59,304 nucleotides of DNA from Octopus sinensis (Eukaryota). The position numbers were made by a program, and so were the translations under genes. Positions 13,096-27,180 of this stretch are shown here, piece after piece. The stretch is from contig NW_021832987.1 in assembly GCF_006345805.1 (NCBI RefSeq), forward strand, positions 1-59,304, given 5' to 3'. A model generated the notes under the pieces. That model worked only from the letters and a program-made list of their open reading frames with translations, did no database searches and was not told the origin of the DNA. Position 1 is the first letter of the stretch. Each line of letters begins with the position of its first letter.

Positions 13096-15074
13096 GTAAG
13101 TACAATGCATATTAACTAAAATATACCCTGTTAGCAAAAATGGAAATTGAACGCGTTAGATAGGAACATATTCGTGTGAGTATTGTTATAGGAATTGCTC
13201 TCGGAATTGTATCTATATTTATCACAGCCCTTTGTATATTAATTGCCTGTCGGTTTATATGTGAATTTAAAAGCATATTGTAAGAGAAATTATTAAAATT
13301 TCTGTATTTCAAAACGAATATTGTTTATGAACCATAATTTGTCAGAGATTTCCATAGGCAAATAATATGAAACTTATAATTATGTTATCTCAAACTGATG
13401 CAACATAAATCTTAAACATAATTAAAACATAATTAAACCCCTTGTGATTGTTTCGCTATAAACTTGAGAAGTATTAAATATCCAATGTTAATAAAATGCA
13501 AATATTTTAGAGATATATAGAATAAGATAAAATTATGTTGGAGTTAATTGTTCCTTACACTCCGTCCTTTAGAATATCCTGTGCAATAAATTTTTAAAAA
13601 CATTAGAAATTTAAATATGACTGAATAACGATTTAAACGTTGTAATTTTGGTATAAAGTTTTTTCACGAACAATAAGGAATTTTTTTTTAAAACATCAGA
13701 AAAAAAATGGAAGTAAGAGACTTATGTTTAAGCAATTTCGAATTTTAGTGGGCAAACGGCTTTGTTGTATATTTCCTCTATTGTTAATTTATATTCTAAT
13801 TATAAGAAAATGCAAATTTTTTCTCAATTTAATGCTTCTAAAATTTCTCATTATCTCATCTATCAAAACTCTTGTGGCCATCGCAAGCAATTATAATTTG
13901 ATTGGAGTGATTAATTTCATGCGATGAATATTAATAGACGACTGCGTCGAAAAGAGTTGATCAGGAAAATGTAGTCATTTAATCTTTAGTATGGAAATAC
14001 TTAACTACAGGTCCCTTCAACATCACCATATTTCTCTTTACTTTTGTTCATAGCTAGTTTCCTCAAACATTTAGATATGTTACTATGCAAGACATTCATT
14101 GAAGAACACAGTGATTGCTAGTCATTTGATCCTCTCAACCGAGCATTGACTACGGGGGTGGCAGATGTGCTGGTGTATAGATTTCAAGTCTAGTTGTTAA
14201 CCTTGACCTTGGATTCTCTGTTTGTTAGTTTGGGATTTTACAGAATCGGAAAGAAATGTACACAAACGCTCTGGAAATAAGATCCATTACCTCTATCATT
14301 CTGTTACGTTCTTATTTACAAAAATATCTACCTGTTTAATTTGTTTTTTATTATATATAATATGAGCGAATGTGCGTTTTTTTTTTACGTAACTGAAAAT
14401 GTAAAATCGTTTCCTTAAGTAAAACTTGCCTAAAGGGAAATAGATTGTGTACGCCGCAATGTTAAAATCAATTACAGCGTTACCATGTCATAACATACTT
14501 AAGCTTATGTTATACATTACAAAATAAGATTATAAGCAAAAAATATGTTTTGAAACGTCTATGTTATAACGTTACAAAAAAGTCGGAAAAGAGTGAATTT
14601 CTGGATTGGATAACAGCCACAGGACCAAGGCTGTATTTTCCTCCCTGCGAAATACACCCAAAAAGCAAAGAAGTTGTACCTTATATATCTGTGTAGTGGA
14701 AGACAGGGATGGGAGAAATTGTAGTCAAATAATAGATGATATACTACATCATTTGTTGAAAACTTAGGAAGCGCGAAAGACGAGAGCCTCACATGATAGC
14801 ATAGGTGGTAGAGAGATCCGATCCACTAGTTAAGGGGCAAAGGGGAATAGTTAATCTATAAGCAAGAGGAAAAATTGGGCAGAGAATTCGCCTCCTCTGA
14901 GGAAGTAGGTTGTTATGGATCAGGTCCCAAAACCCATCGTCTCATCATACGAGCACATCTTATTCAATGATTCAGAAAACCAGTTCCAAAGATAGAGTTG
15001 AATCATCTTCAACGTTGTATCGTTGACCCGTGTAAAGTGAAGCCGTGAAAGACACCAGCATTTTGTTTTTAAAT

Positions 15075-15527
15075 TCAGGAGGGATATGCAGTGACATACA
15101 TCTGGAAACTCCTGGAGGGTCTTATCCTGAATTTTGGCATTCAAAATTACCCCAACAGCAGAACGGGACGCCACTGCATGGTGCCAAATATCCCAACACC
15201 ACCATCAAAATACAGGACCAAATAGTGCAACAGCTTGGGTTTTAGGGGACCATAGCTCTTCAATATCCTTCCTAAATGCCTGAGAGACCTGCAAAGTGTG
15301 GATGTGAGTCTCTTTAAAGCTAAACTGGATCGCTTCTTGTCAGGGGTTCCAGATGAACCTACCTCTCAGCGGGAAATACAGATGCGGGCAGCGGCGTCGA
15401 AAACCCTTGTTGATCAAGTGCCACGTATCAGAGGTGGTTTCACATACTAGTGTAGATCATTCAACTGTGATGCCCCAGCATGACCACAGCCTTCGGTTTG
15501 AAACATTTTTAAGGATTTAAGGATTTA
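15075..15527 (+). mobile_element. CR1/L2-group LINE 3' end (ORF2 C-terminus, 3' UTR and tail)
   Basis: YAVTYIWKLLEG..RTGRHC..LGFRGP*LFNILPKCLRDL..FKAKLDRFLSGVPDEP, with the stop at 15448-15450. Tail GCCCCAGCATGACCACAGCC..GAAAC followed by (TTAAGGAT) repeats. Confidence 0.8.
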
Positions 15528-15859
15528 GCACATATTTCACTGTATTTTTGAAACATGTTCTCTGGGAATAATGGAGAAGAGCAATCAATAACAAAATATG
15601 TTGCTAACTTTACATGGAGTCAGTCGCTTTCATTTGACAGGTTAGATGCACTGCAAAAATTGCTGACGATATTGAGAAAGCAGTTGTGTTTGCGAAAATT
15701 AACAACTTACTGAACTGCATCTGCCGAAAATTTAACGTAAAGAGAAATAAAAAGTGGGGTATTTTTGAAATATTTTTTTCTTCTTTTCTGCAGGATCATT
15801 AGGCATTTATTTTTGACATATTAACGTGCGGGACAGCATATATATATATATAATATATA

Positions 15860-15904
<45 letters not shown>

Positions 15905-15961
15905 TATATATATATATTATATATATATATATATATGTATATATCTATATATATATATATA

Positions 15962-15997
<36 letters not shown>

Positions 15998-16344
15998 TAT
16001 GTATATATACATAGCCGAAAACACATTCACTCAAACATATGTGAGTGTTTTTTATTATATATATATATATTATATGTGCATAAATTAGAGACACAGTGAG
16101 ACAGAATGATGGAGAATCGAGAGCTAATTTTGATGTTCAAAGAAGTGAATCAATAATTAATGAGAAGGGAAAGATGTAGCGTATAACAATCGATGAGATT
16201 TTAAAATTTCCTTTCAAGAGAGGTAGAACAGTGAGAATAACCTAAAAGTATTTGATTCCAATGGTTATTGAATCATTCATATATTCATAAGAATCACGTG
16301 AAGTAAATATACATCTCTCTCTCTATCTCTATCAACTTCCATAT

Positions 16345-16359
16345 CTATCTATCCATCCG

Positions 16360-16457
<98 letters not shown>

Positions 16458-16479
16458 CATTTATTTATTTATATATGTA

Positions 16480-16518
<39 letters not shown>

Positions 16519-16557
16519 GTATCTATCTATCTATCCATTTATTTATTTATATATGTA

Positions 16558-16597
<40 letters not shown>

Positions 16598-16619
16598 CAT
16601 TTATTTATTTATATATGTA

Positions 16620-16682
<63 letters not shown>

Positions 16683-16693
16683 ATATACATACA

Positions 16694-16770
<77 letters not shown>
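16345..16770. repeat. (CTAT)n-(CT)n-(TA)n compound microsatellite
   Basis: Direct inspection. Confidence 0.95.
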
Positions 16771-16778
<8 letters not shown>

Positions 16779-17495
16779 CCTGTCTCGTTTCTATTCCTTT
16801 TTGTACTGTATTTCTTGTAATTGTATTTTTATTTTGTATTTGTTTTTAATTGTATTTTTTACGTCCTGTTTTTGTCACATCTTTTTTCCTTGTTGTTACC
16901 CCTCTGCAAAGGAATTTTATGTAATTCTTTCGCAGAAAGGACTAGTTTGACGAGACATGTTCTGTCCTCACCTTCGAAACACGCTGGAGTTGAACTAGGG
17001 ACGGCTGATGAAGGGGATTTTTCCTTCTGTAGTTGTCTTGTACTCTGTTTTTCGTTGTTAAAGGAATGGTCCGCTCCATGCTGTTTTTACGTTTTCGTTT
17101 CTCGTTGAGTTCTACGTATATTTGTGGTGTCCTGTACTCACGTATATATATTTATAAATGCATGTATATATACATGTAGATGTAGGTACGTACATATATG
17201 TTTGTATGTATGCATATATTTTATTTATTACACTATTGTATGACTGAGTGCCTTCGCGTCGATTCGATTCGATTCGTTTGGTTTGGTTTGGTTTCTTCTT
17301 CTTCTCTAAGCTGGTTTATATATATATATATATATGCATATATATATATATGCATTTATATACATATGTATGTGTGTGTATATATATATATACATACATA
17401 TATACATATGTATATATATACACGTATGTATATACATATATATGTACACATACATATACACACACACATACACACACACACATACACACACACAT

Positions 17496-17527
<32 letters not shown>

Positions 17528-17562
17528 TGTTTTGGGACGCTCAGGATAGGAAAGAAAAGAGG

Positions 17563-17599
17563 ATGTAACGTTTCGAGCGGAGCTCTTCGTCAGAAACAT
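17563..17599 (-). ncRNA. Minimal hammerhead-like motif in a Penelope-type terminal repeat
   Basis: Minus strand CTGACGA-A-GAGC-TCC-GCTC-GAAACGTTA. Homologous to copies at 1165, 18800, 37920 and 57574. Confidence 0.6.
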
Positions 17600-18144
17600 A
17601 GGAGAATGAAAGATCCAAGGAAGGGAAGACGGAGGAACAAAATCGCCAACGGTACACACGCGTTCACGGAGAGAGAGAGAGAGAGAGGGAGAGAGAGACA
17701 GAGAGACAGAGGCAGAGAGAAAGAGAGACGACACACACAAAGAGATAGAAAGACAGAAATAATTACTTGGATTTTCAGCACACTGTTAGTAGTATACCGA
17801 CTGAAGCACTTTCACTTTTCAAGATATCTGATACCTTCCATTGTTTTGATGTGTCACTGAAAATGCTCAAATTTGTGATTATCGTTGAAAAATGAATTCT
17901 AGCTATTAAATCTACAAACTAATGAATTTGTTCTTAAATTGATCACCACGTCAGACATTTGTGAAGAGAAACAGGTTGTGAAAGAGAGGAATCCTGCTAA
18001 CGAATGAGATTATTAATACTTAACTCGATAAAGTGCAGCGACGTTTATATTAATTCTTATCTTACTGGCAACATGCAGAGAGGAAGGAAATTATAGAATG
18101 ATATTTCATTTTCCTTAATAAACACAGACAGACACAAACGCAGC

Positions 18145-18182
<38 letters not shown>

Positions 18183-18682
18183 TGTTCGCTTGATAAACGA
18201 CATTAAGCGAAAGTACGCTGAATAACATATCCGTTAGCGTTTGTATTCATATGAGAATGCATTGTACGGATTTATGTATACAGGTAAGTGTGTGAGTGTG
18301 TGTGTATACTATAATGTGTGTGCATCTGTATAGATGTAGAAGTGTATTTGACACATTGAATTAATCAAGTAAAATTCGAAAAGAAAAAGAGGTATAAACT
18401 CAACCGCATAATTTCTATGGAATTATCTCTGTGACATGATTTTGACAGTTTTCTTTCAATAAACACACGGTGGCTTCTGTTTCTTTCTCTTCCATAGTTT
18501 TCTTCCATGTTTATTTGATCAGTTGTAAAATATGTTCCTAGATAAACTACGTTCGCGTATGATTTACGATGCAACGCGTTTTCCTCTACCTCGGGCAAGG
18601 AAGTGAAAGTGCAAGAAAGCCTTCTACACATAAGATTATGTGAATGCCAATGCAACTGAGAAAGTGTGTGTGCATGTGTACT

Positions 18683-19205
18683 TCAAAATATATATATATA
18701 TAATAACGGGAAAGTTTACGAAAATAAAAAGACGAAGGCAGGTGGAGTACAAACAAGCAAATGTATTTGTATAGCGCTCCAAAATAGAAAAAGTCTTTTA
18801 CGTTTCGAGCCTACGCTCTTCGACAGAAAGATACACAGAAAAGAAACAAGGAGAGAAAAATATGCGTGTTGGAGCTAACGATCTATCATGGCGTCCTGAC
18901 TTAGGACAGTGGTCAGACGCGAGAAGGACAGTAGGGGAGATAACAGGGTCAAGTGACTTCCAAAACGAAGGTGCCCCCAACACAAAGGTGCGTGTGTGTA
19001 TAAGAGAGTATGTATGTGCGTGTGAAAGAGGGCTGGTGGTTTGGACGTGTGTGTGTATGTATGTGTGTGTGTGTGGAGATGTGGGGATGGGTGTGTGGGT
19101 GGTGTGCTGTGGGTGGTGTGTTGTAATGTGATGTGTAGTGCTGTATGGTGTAGTGTAGTGTGGTGTGATGTTGTGGCGAGGTGGGGAGGCGAGAGTGGGG
19201 AGAGC
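18683..19205 (-). mobile_element. CA-rich non-autonomous element ending in a minimal hammerhead-like motif
   Basis: On the minus strand a CA-rich body is followed by CTGTCGAAGAGCGTAGGCTCGAAACGTA (18799-18826) and a tail ending in (TA)n. Confidence 0.5.
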
Positions 19206-19415
19206 ACAGAAACTGAAGTCTTATGGATGCCATATTTGAAGCCAATGGCGATTGTATTGAATGAATTTCCTCTTTAGTATTTCAAGATATTCTTCGGCTA
19301 AGTTTGGTAAATATATCTGTAAAAATGAGATGTCAGTGTTATTTTTATTTTTGCGTAATTTAGACAATTTATTCACTATATTCTCTCTTCTCTCTCTCTC
19401 TCTTTCTCTCTCTGT

Positions 19416-19460
<45 letters not shown>

Positions 19461-20442
19461 GGCTTGTGGACTAAGAGTTGATGGGAATGATATTGTTGAG
19501 AATCTATTTATTCCAGCATTGACAATTTAAAAGACTAATTAGTGTATAAGAGATACAAGATTACAGACATCAGGCAAAAGCGTAGCTCACCACTATCGAA
19601 TAGCTGTGGTTGTAAAAATCTAGTCAAAATATAACATCAAATATGTGAATTGATTTATTTCATGTAAAATAGGCATATTTTATCAAGTAAACATATCAGC
19701 TTTCTGTTTCCGCTGTAATTTGTACAAAATTAATTTAAAGATGTTATAAAACCAGATAGGCAGTAGTGCATGCGACAGTAAACAGGTAGTATGATAGGCA
19801 GTTCTGTTCGATAATGAAAATAAAAGAATACATTTTAGACTAAAGCCTGCAATTAATGTGTGGAATAGACGGGTAATATATGGAAAATCAAGAAAGAAAG
19901 AGGTGTAAACGTATTTCCAACTGAATATTTTATATCAATGGAAGTCTGACTGAAATAAAATACATGGAAGATATAAAGTGATTATAAAAATCAGAAAAAA
20001 AGGCTTAATCAGTTACTGATTTACATGAAAATCAGTTAGACTGCATGAATGCAACAACAAAACAGCCTTAGTACTCTATAGATTACATGGCTGAATATCA
20101 TTAAGATGAAGCGATAAAGTAAATACTGGTGTGACTCAAAGTGTATGCTAACACTGGCTGACATACATATAGTCAGTTTATTTCTATAATAATGTTCGGC
20201 ATCGTAGCAAGTTTTCAGATATTTTGCGTCGCAAACTAAATTCATTTATCAAGTTAAAATGTGGAGTAAATTAAATACAATCGAATAATAATATAATTTC
20301 ACAGTGAAATAGGAAAAAAGGACTAACAATACAAGTAATAATAACATAAAAAAAAATAGTATAGTTATTCTCGTCAATTAAAATAGGGAAATCAAGATCA
20401 CAGAAGAAGAATGAGAGAGTAAACAGCTAAATCGAGAAAACA

Positions 20443-21004
20443 TTGGGGTGTCCGGAAAGCTCGTGCCGATTTATAGTGGCTTACCTTTCGACTTATTTTA
20501 GAACATGGTTGAATAGATAAAACAGGATTTCACTACACCTCCGTTTAGAGCACAGTTTAAGCTATCTTTTCGTGGAAGAAGGTTTATGTTCCTATAATCT
20601 CTGTTAATTCTGTTACCCTTGAAAATGGAAGATAAGAAAGTCCATTTTCGGCACTTAATGCTTTGGGAACCAGACAAAAATTGCTGCAGCTCGATCGAGA
20701 TATGTCACCCCACTCTCCATATTCACCAGATATTGCTCCTTCGGATTTCCACTTATTCCGGTCTCTGCAGAATAGTCTTAATGGTAACAATTTCAGTTCC
20801 TTGCATAACGTAAAATATACCTTGAATTCTTTGCCCGGAAAGCACCTCAATTCTGGGAAGAGGGTATTTTCAAGTTAAAGGAAAGATGGAGACTCATTGT
20901 GCAACAAAATGGTTCATATTTGGCCGGTTAAAAATTTAATGGCAAGTATTTATTGGCCTATTTCTTTCCTTTAAAAATCGGCACGAACTTTCCGGACAAC
21001 CCAA
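20443..21004 (+). mobile_element. Internally deleted mariner transposon
   Basis: ~30-bp TIRs TTGGGGTGTCCGGAAAGCTCGTGCCGATTT / AAATCGGCACGAACTTTCCGGACAACCCAA with CA/TA flanks. The N-terminus MEDKKVHFRHLML is joined directly to TRQKLLQL..HSPYSPDIAPSDFHLFRSLQN (YSPDL motif). Confidence 0.9.
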
Positions 21005-21395
21005 TACATCAGTCCCATCAATAATGTTTCTTGTATGGTTCCGGTTAGAGTATACAATATATCATATTGAGAAATTTCGAAACTACCCTGTTCTGAGGAA
21101 AATGATAAACTGAAATTATTGAACATCGTTCATATATAGTTAATAGAATGTACAGACGTATCTGATGATGGTAGTTCGGTTGGACGATGACTAACAATGA
21201 AATGGCCGCCGACATATTTTCCACAAAATATGGATATTTTATCCTGTTTTTGGTATAAAATTAGCATTATGCTTCTGTCTGACAATAAAATATTTCCCTA
21301 TTTGTATCTATCAATACATCTCAACGGTTCTAAAGCAAACTTTGTTTGTTGACTTTCAAGTGAAATTGAATTTAACGTACGGCTTTGTTTTCTTT

Positions 21396-21441
<46 letters not shown>

Positions 21442-21667
21442 GTGTGTGTGTATGTGTGTGTGTGTGTGTTTATGTATGTATATGTATATGTATGTGTATA
21501 AGATTCAGAGAAGACTTCGTTCGATATCTTTAAATAATTTCATAAACCTTGTCCACAATATTTGATTGAAGAGAATTCTATGCATGTCTAAATTAGAATG
21601 AATGCATTCTCCGATGTTAAATCGTTCATCAACGCATTTATCTGATACTTCAACAATAATAAATCAC

Positions 21668-21678
21668 TATATATATAT

Positions 21679-21731
<53 letters not shown>

Positions 21732-21905
21732 GTATGTGTGTATATATATATATGTATGTATATATGTATGTATATATATATATACATATATGTATGTATA
21801 TATGTATATATATACATGTATATATGTGTGTATGCATATATATATATCTGTATATATATATATATGTATATATATATATGTATATATATAATATATATAT
21901 ATATA
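21668..21905. repeat. (TA)n/(TATG)n microsatellite
   Basis: Direct inspection. Confidence 0.95.
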
Positions 21906-22258
21906 CGGGTGTGTGTGATTGTATATAGAAGAATATATTAATAAAAGGAATTCCAAACTTGTCTGATTTTCACGTTTTATTTATAATCTTATAATGATAT
22001 AATATAATATAATATAATATAATATAATAAAATAAAATAATAGAATGTTAAATGTTCATTCTGATTAAACTAGTACTATCATGCATTAAATTCTGCAATC
22101 TTCAGAGGTTTTCCAAACTGTATTCTGACCAATCAGTGTGTAGCATCACTCAATTACTTAAGCTGATTTGTTGGTTGAGCTGATTGGTTTAGGTGTCACG
22201 CTTTGTTGGACATGCTTTGTTGGACATGCTTTGTTGGACATGTATGTATGTATGTGTG

Positions 22259-22308
<50 letters not shown>

Positions 22309-22351
22309 TTAATATATGTATCTATATTTATATATGTATATATGTATGTAT

Positions 22352-22385
<34 letters not shown>

Positions 22386-23321
22386 GTATGTATATATGTA
22401 TGAATACATATCTGTATATATACCAATATACGTATATATATATGTACATACATATATAAAGAAAGAGAGAGAGAGCGAGAGAGAGAGACAAAGAGAGAGA
22501 AAAGGAGAGTGAGAGATTCTGTGTGTGAGAAAGAGAGGCAGGGTATCACCAGATGAAAGATAAGTGATCCACGGATATGACGAGAGATTACTCTATATGT
22601 AAATAATAAACATGCGGTCATACGTTACTGATAAAGTAATGTTTATAGTTTCATTTTAAATTATGCGTGCAGTACGTTTAGATCCTGTGTCCTTTTTCCA
22701 TGCCCACAGTTCAAATGAGCCATCGGAAAACATATCTACTTTATCAACGATGATTTTTATGTCGTCAAAATATTTTCTTTTCAGAATGTAAACATTTGTA
22801 TTCAACGATTTATTTATTACTAAAAGCAACATGAGATTAAAATGTCATATTTCGTTTGTACAAATCTGGAAGTCTTTTTAATATGATCTGATTAATTAAT
22901 TAATTAGTTAGTTAATTAATTAGTTAATATAATAATATGCATCTTAGACTAAGTAGAGACATGGATTTGATTAAGAGAGAAAATTTCAATTAATCATAGT
23001 ATTAATTGACATACATTGTAAGATGAAATCTTTATTAAACAAATAGTATGTTTTCTGATGAGGAAATTTTCGAATGAAAATTATGTCCATACAAGATAAT
23101 ACATTTGTTAATTTTTAAAAGAAAACAATACACTGTTGTGCATTCTTCATTTTGGATGTAAAACTTTGCTCACATTATTTATTTGATCTGATTTCTTCCA
23201 TTTCTGGCAAGGTTCAAGTAAATGAACAGGGAACGAAAAAGTTAAGAATAGTTAGGCAATATACAATACTGCTATATTTCTGTTTGTAGACAATATCTAT
23301 GGAATTTCGTCATCAGTTTGA

Positions 23322-24078
23322 AAGGCGGCGAGCTGGCAGAATTTCGTACAGCTGGCAGAATTTCGTACAGTTTGAAAGGCGGCGAGCTGGCAGAAACGTT
23401 AGCGTGCCGGGCGAAATACTTAGCAGTATTACGTCCGCCGTTACGTTCTGAGTTCAAATTATATGACGAAAAGAGGCGGCGAGCTGGCAGAAACGTTAGC
23501 GTGCCGGGCGAAATGCTTAGCGGTATGTCGTCAGCCGCTACGTTCTGAGTTCAAATTCTGCCGATGTCGACTTTGCCTTGCGTCCTTTCGGGGTCGATAA
23601 ATTAAGTACCAGTTACGCACTGGGGTAGATGTAATCGACTTAATACGTTTGTCTGTCCTTGTTTGTCCTCTATGTGTTTAGCCCCTTGCGGGCAGTAAAG
23701 AAATAAGTATTTTGTCTGCAGCTACGGTCTGAGTTCAAATTCCACCGAGGTCGGCTTTGCCTGTTATCCTTTCGTGGTCGATTAAATAGGTATCAGTTAC
23801 GCAGTGGGGTCGATGTAATCATCTTAATCCGTGTGTCTGTCCTTGTTTGTCCTCTCTGTGTTTAGCCCCTTGTGGGCAGTAAAGAAATAAGTATTTTGTC
23901 TGCAGCTACGTTCTGTGTTCAAATTCCACCGAGGTCGGCTTTGCCTGTTATCCTTTCGTGGTCGATTAAATAGGTATCAGTTACGGAGTGGGGTCGATGT
24001 AATCAACTTAATGTGTTTGTCTGTCCATGTTTGTCTTCTCAGTGTTTAGCCCCTTGTGGCTAGTAAAGAAATAAGTAT
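23322..24078 (+). mobile_element. SINE family B array with reiterated heads and three tandem body units
   Basis: GGCGGCGAGCTGGCAGAA occurs three times, then ~183-bp body units repeat. Confidence 0.85.
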
Positions 24079-24735
24079 CCGTAAAGTTTGAGGCGTTTGA
24101 CGCTGACAGTCTTTCGTTTCTGGTTTTGTTTTGTTCGTATATATAACGTGATCTGCGAATCGCTTACATGCAGTTATTTCACAACTGCATGCGTTCGGAG
24201 AAATGTTTTGTATAGATTTTATTACTTTTCACATTATTGAAACTACAGCTTTAATGTATAACGATATAGAAATCACAAAATTGTCATAGGCTAACAGTCT
24301 CAGCTATTAGATAACCATTTGAATAAGCATGTTTGCAATAATTGGCTAATTTAGGTGATATCAGAATTGTGCTATTAATTGTATAATAAGTAACTTATAT
24401 AAGACTTTTATTTCTATAAAGTTATACGGATCTACCCTAATGTTAAAAACACACAGACGCGCAAACACACAAATACACATATACATGCATGGGAACACAC
24501 ATATACATATAAACACACATATGCCGTTATAATGGACTACACAGACCAGGAGGAAAAATATTGGTGGACGAGTCGCTGAAGATGACACAGATGGGTGACA
24601 AAAACTTCCCAGACAATAGGAATAAGGTAAAATAAGAACAATAATAAACGAGTGAAGAAGGAATATATATTGCATGTGTTTATTAAAGAGAATGGGCTAA
24701 TCAGAAAAGGAGGAAACACGTAAATGGAAGAGTTG

Positions 24736-24779
<44 letters not shown>

Positions 24780-24792
24780 ATATATATATATA

Positions 24793-25566
24793 CTAGCAGT
24801 ATCGCCCGGCGTTGCTCGGGTTTGTAAGGGAAATAACAATATAAGCATTTTTAGAGAATTATAGCAAAAAAGTAACCAAAAAAATGCATTAAAAAAGCAA
24901 AAAATATGATGGTAATTTTTTTTTTAAATCGTTGACTCATCGTAGACATTTTTAGAGAGTTACTTCCCTTATATAATAGCAAAAAATGCATTAAAATGGA
25001 AAAAATGATGGTAAATTATTTAAAAAATCGTAGACTCATCGTAGACGCGCGCTAATACCCAGAAAGGCTCGATATGAATCACGACTATAAGATACCCGGT
25101 TTGGGTTAAACTGCACCGCAAAATGTGGGAGTAGTTAGGAATCTATATCGTAGGAGACAGACACACAACTTCACTTTTATATATAAAGATTTGTGCACCA
25201 ACTAAAACATTCGGTTGTGCAAATTGTTTGCACAGGAAACCTGCCCTGTTTGGCGGTTTTTGCCGTTTTTGTGGATCTGTTTCAGCTTTTTTAGCGATTT
25301 CTGTTTTGGCGACATCAATCCATGAAGTCGTTGTTCTGAAAGAACGCTGGTCTCCTTTACGACGTTGATTTCCTTACACTTCCTTCCCAACAGCTTCACG
25401 AGGGAGGGAAGAAGGGGGAGAAGCAACACAGGTGCAGGTGTGAGCATGGACGCCAACTCCGCCGCCATCGACACACGAAAAAATATGCGTTAAAATGGAA
25501 AAAAATGATGTTAAATTATTTTTAAAATCGTAGACTCTCACACAACTTCACTTTTATATATATAGA
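24793..25566 (-). mobile_element. Non-autonomous Helitron, composite (two 5' ends, one 3' end)
   Basis: Minus-strand 3' end CCCGAGCAACGCCGGG hairpin plus CTAG. 5' termini TC(T)TATATATAAAAGTGAAGTTGTGTG occur at 25189 and again at 25566. Confidence 0.75.
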
Positions 25567-25866
25567 TATATATAATTTCATTTAGAGATAGTAGTCCCCT
25601 TCATCCCACCATATAAAAGAATTTTAGTTTAATTTAAAACTTATAATTCACTTCCCAGGTACACGTGTTTCTTGAGGTTCTTTTACGATTCCTTAAGCAC
25701 ACCGTGTTTTACAAGAATCCTACTTAAAATGAAACCCCAATCATCAGTCCTCTAAATAACTTTATCATAGTTCGATACCAAATACTATGTTTCAATTTTT
25801 ATTCCCTCATTCAAAATAATTTGAACCCCTGTGATGCCAGATATTTTATTCCCTAATAAATAAAAT

Positions 25867-25934
<68 letters not shown>

Positions 25935-26829
25935 GGAGTCGAATGCCTCAAAGAAATAATTTCATTTGAAATGCTTTTCAACGTGACGATCGATTGCAAT
26001 TATTTAAATAACATACAAAATTCTATAGAAATGAAAATGAATTGTACAAAATTTATATAGTAAAATGGAAACGAATAAAAACGAATACGCACACACATAC
26101 ACATGTGTAAGTATATATTGATGCATATGAACATATACATATATGTGCATGTTTGTGTGTGCGTACGTAATGAATTAGCTTGCTCACTATGAAGACAAAT
26201 ATATTTTCATAAAACATTTACAGAGGCTTCAAGATAAACATCTAGAAAGTGTCGTGTGCTGGTGTGTGGTGCGTATTTATATACACACTTGGGTTTACCT
26301 GCACTTGTGCATCTCTCAGTGTAATGTATGCATCTGTATTCTTGTGAGATTCTATAAATAAATTTTCCAGACAGATTTTTATCTGCTCTCTCACTCCCTT
26401 TTAGCAAATTACAAATACATTAATATTTTCATGACAAAGTGCATCGCAATTATCTTAATTCTCACGCTTGCATTATTCTTTAGTTGTCCAACGTATCCAG
26501 ACATAGCCGGGAGGGATCACAAATGGTTGTTTATCACTATTTGCACATTTACGGTGTAGAACTCCGTTGGATATCGAAGCTGTTATTCTTGACCTAATAA
26601 CCTCAACTCCAATACTGAAATCAGGTTGGTGTGTTAAGCGTATGCCCATATATGAATATTAATATCGATATGTGTAAATGTGCCTATCATTTGGTGTACG
26701 CGTAGTTCTACATGTGATTTCAGTGAAAATGTATTCATACTGTATTCATACTGCGAAATTTGAAGATGTTATTTGCAGATAATCAGTCAAATTATTGCAG
26801 CATTTCAATAATTATAATCTTCTACTTCC

Positions 26830-27180
26830 CCAGTAAAGTTGATATTAAAAAGAAAAACACGTTGAGGTCGATATATTATGTACTAAACAAAATCCTGGGC
26901 TCTCTATATTCGAAAAGCCATCTAATTCCAATGTCCTGTAAAAGCGCTTATCCATGAATGATATCACACATGCTTTATCCCCTTTTCTTGTCCTTCCATG
27001 AAATAAATATAATCTCCCATAAAGTGGTGCTTCAAATTTGTTATTCACTGATTGAGAATCGATATTTTCTAGATTTCCAACTCTAATATCAAATTTGGTT
27101 GTTGTTACTAATCGAACATAAACCTGAAGAGGATTAACATTTTCAGAAATTGATTGAAGTGCTAAAGTTATCACATTCTT
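26830..27180 (-). pseudogene. Possible decayed C1q (globular) domain fragment
   Basis: The ORF has KFDIRVGNLENIDSQSVNNKFEAPLYGRLYLFH, resembling the gC1q motif FDxVxxNxGxxY..GxFxAPxxGxYxF. A NFTG motif occurs downstream in another frame. Confidence 0.35.

Noticed and set aside
15625-15800. Splice-acceptor-like sites (TTTGACAG, TTCTTTTCTGCAG)
   Set aside because: No matching donor or recognisable coding exon.
22201-22242. 3x 14-bp tandem CTTTGTTGGACATG
   Set aside because: A simple local slippage duplication with no further structure.
23050-23092. CTGATGAGGAAATTTTCGAATGAAAATTATGTC hammerhead-like string
   Set aside because: Stems I and III cannot be drawn convincingly, so it may be chance in AT-rich DNA.
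23322-24078. CRISPR-like periodicity in SINE B arrays
   Set aside because: Units are ~180 bp and homologous throughout. There are no unique spacers or cas genes, and the context is eukaryotic.
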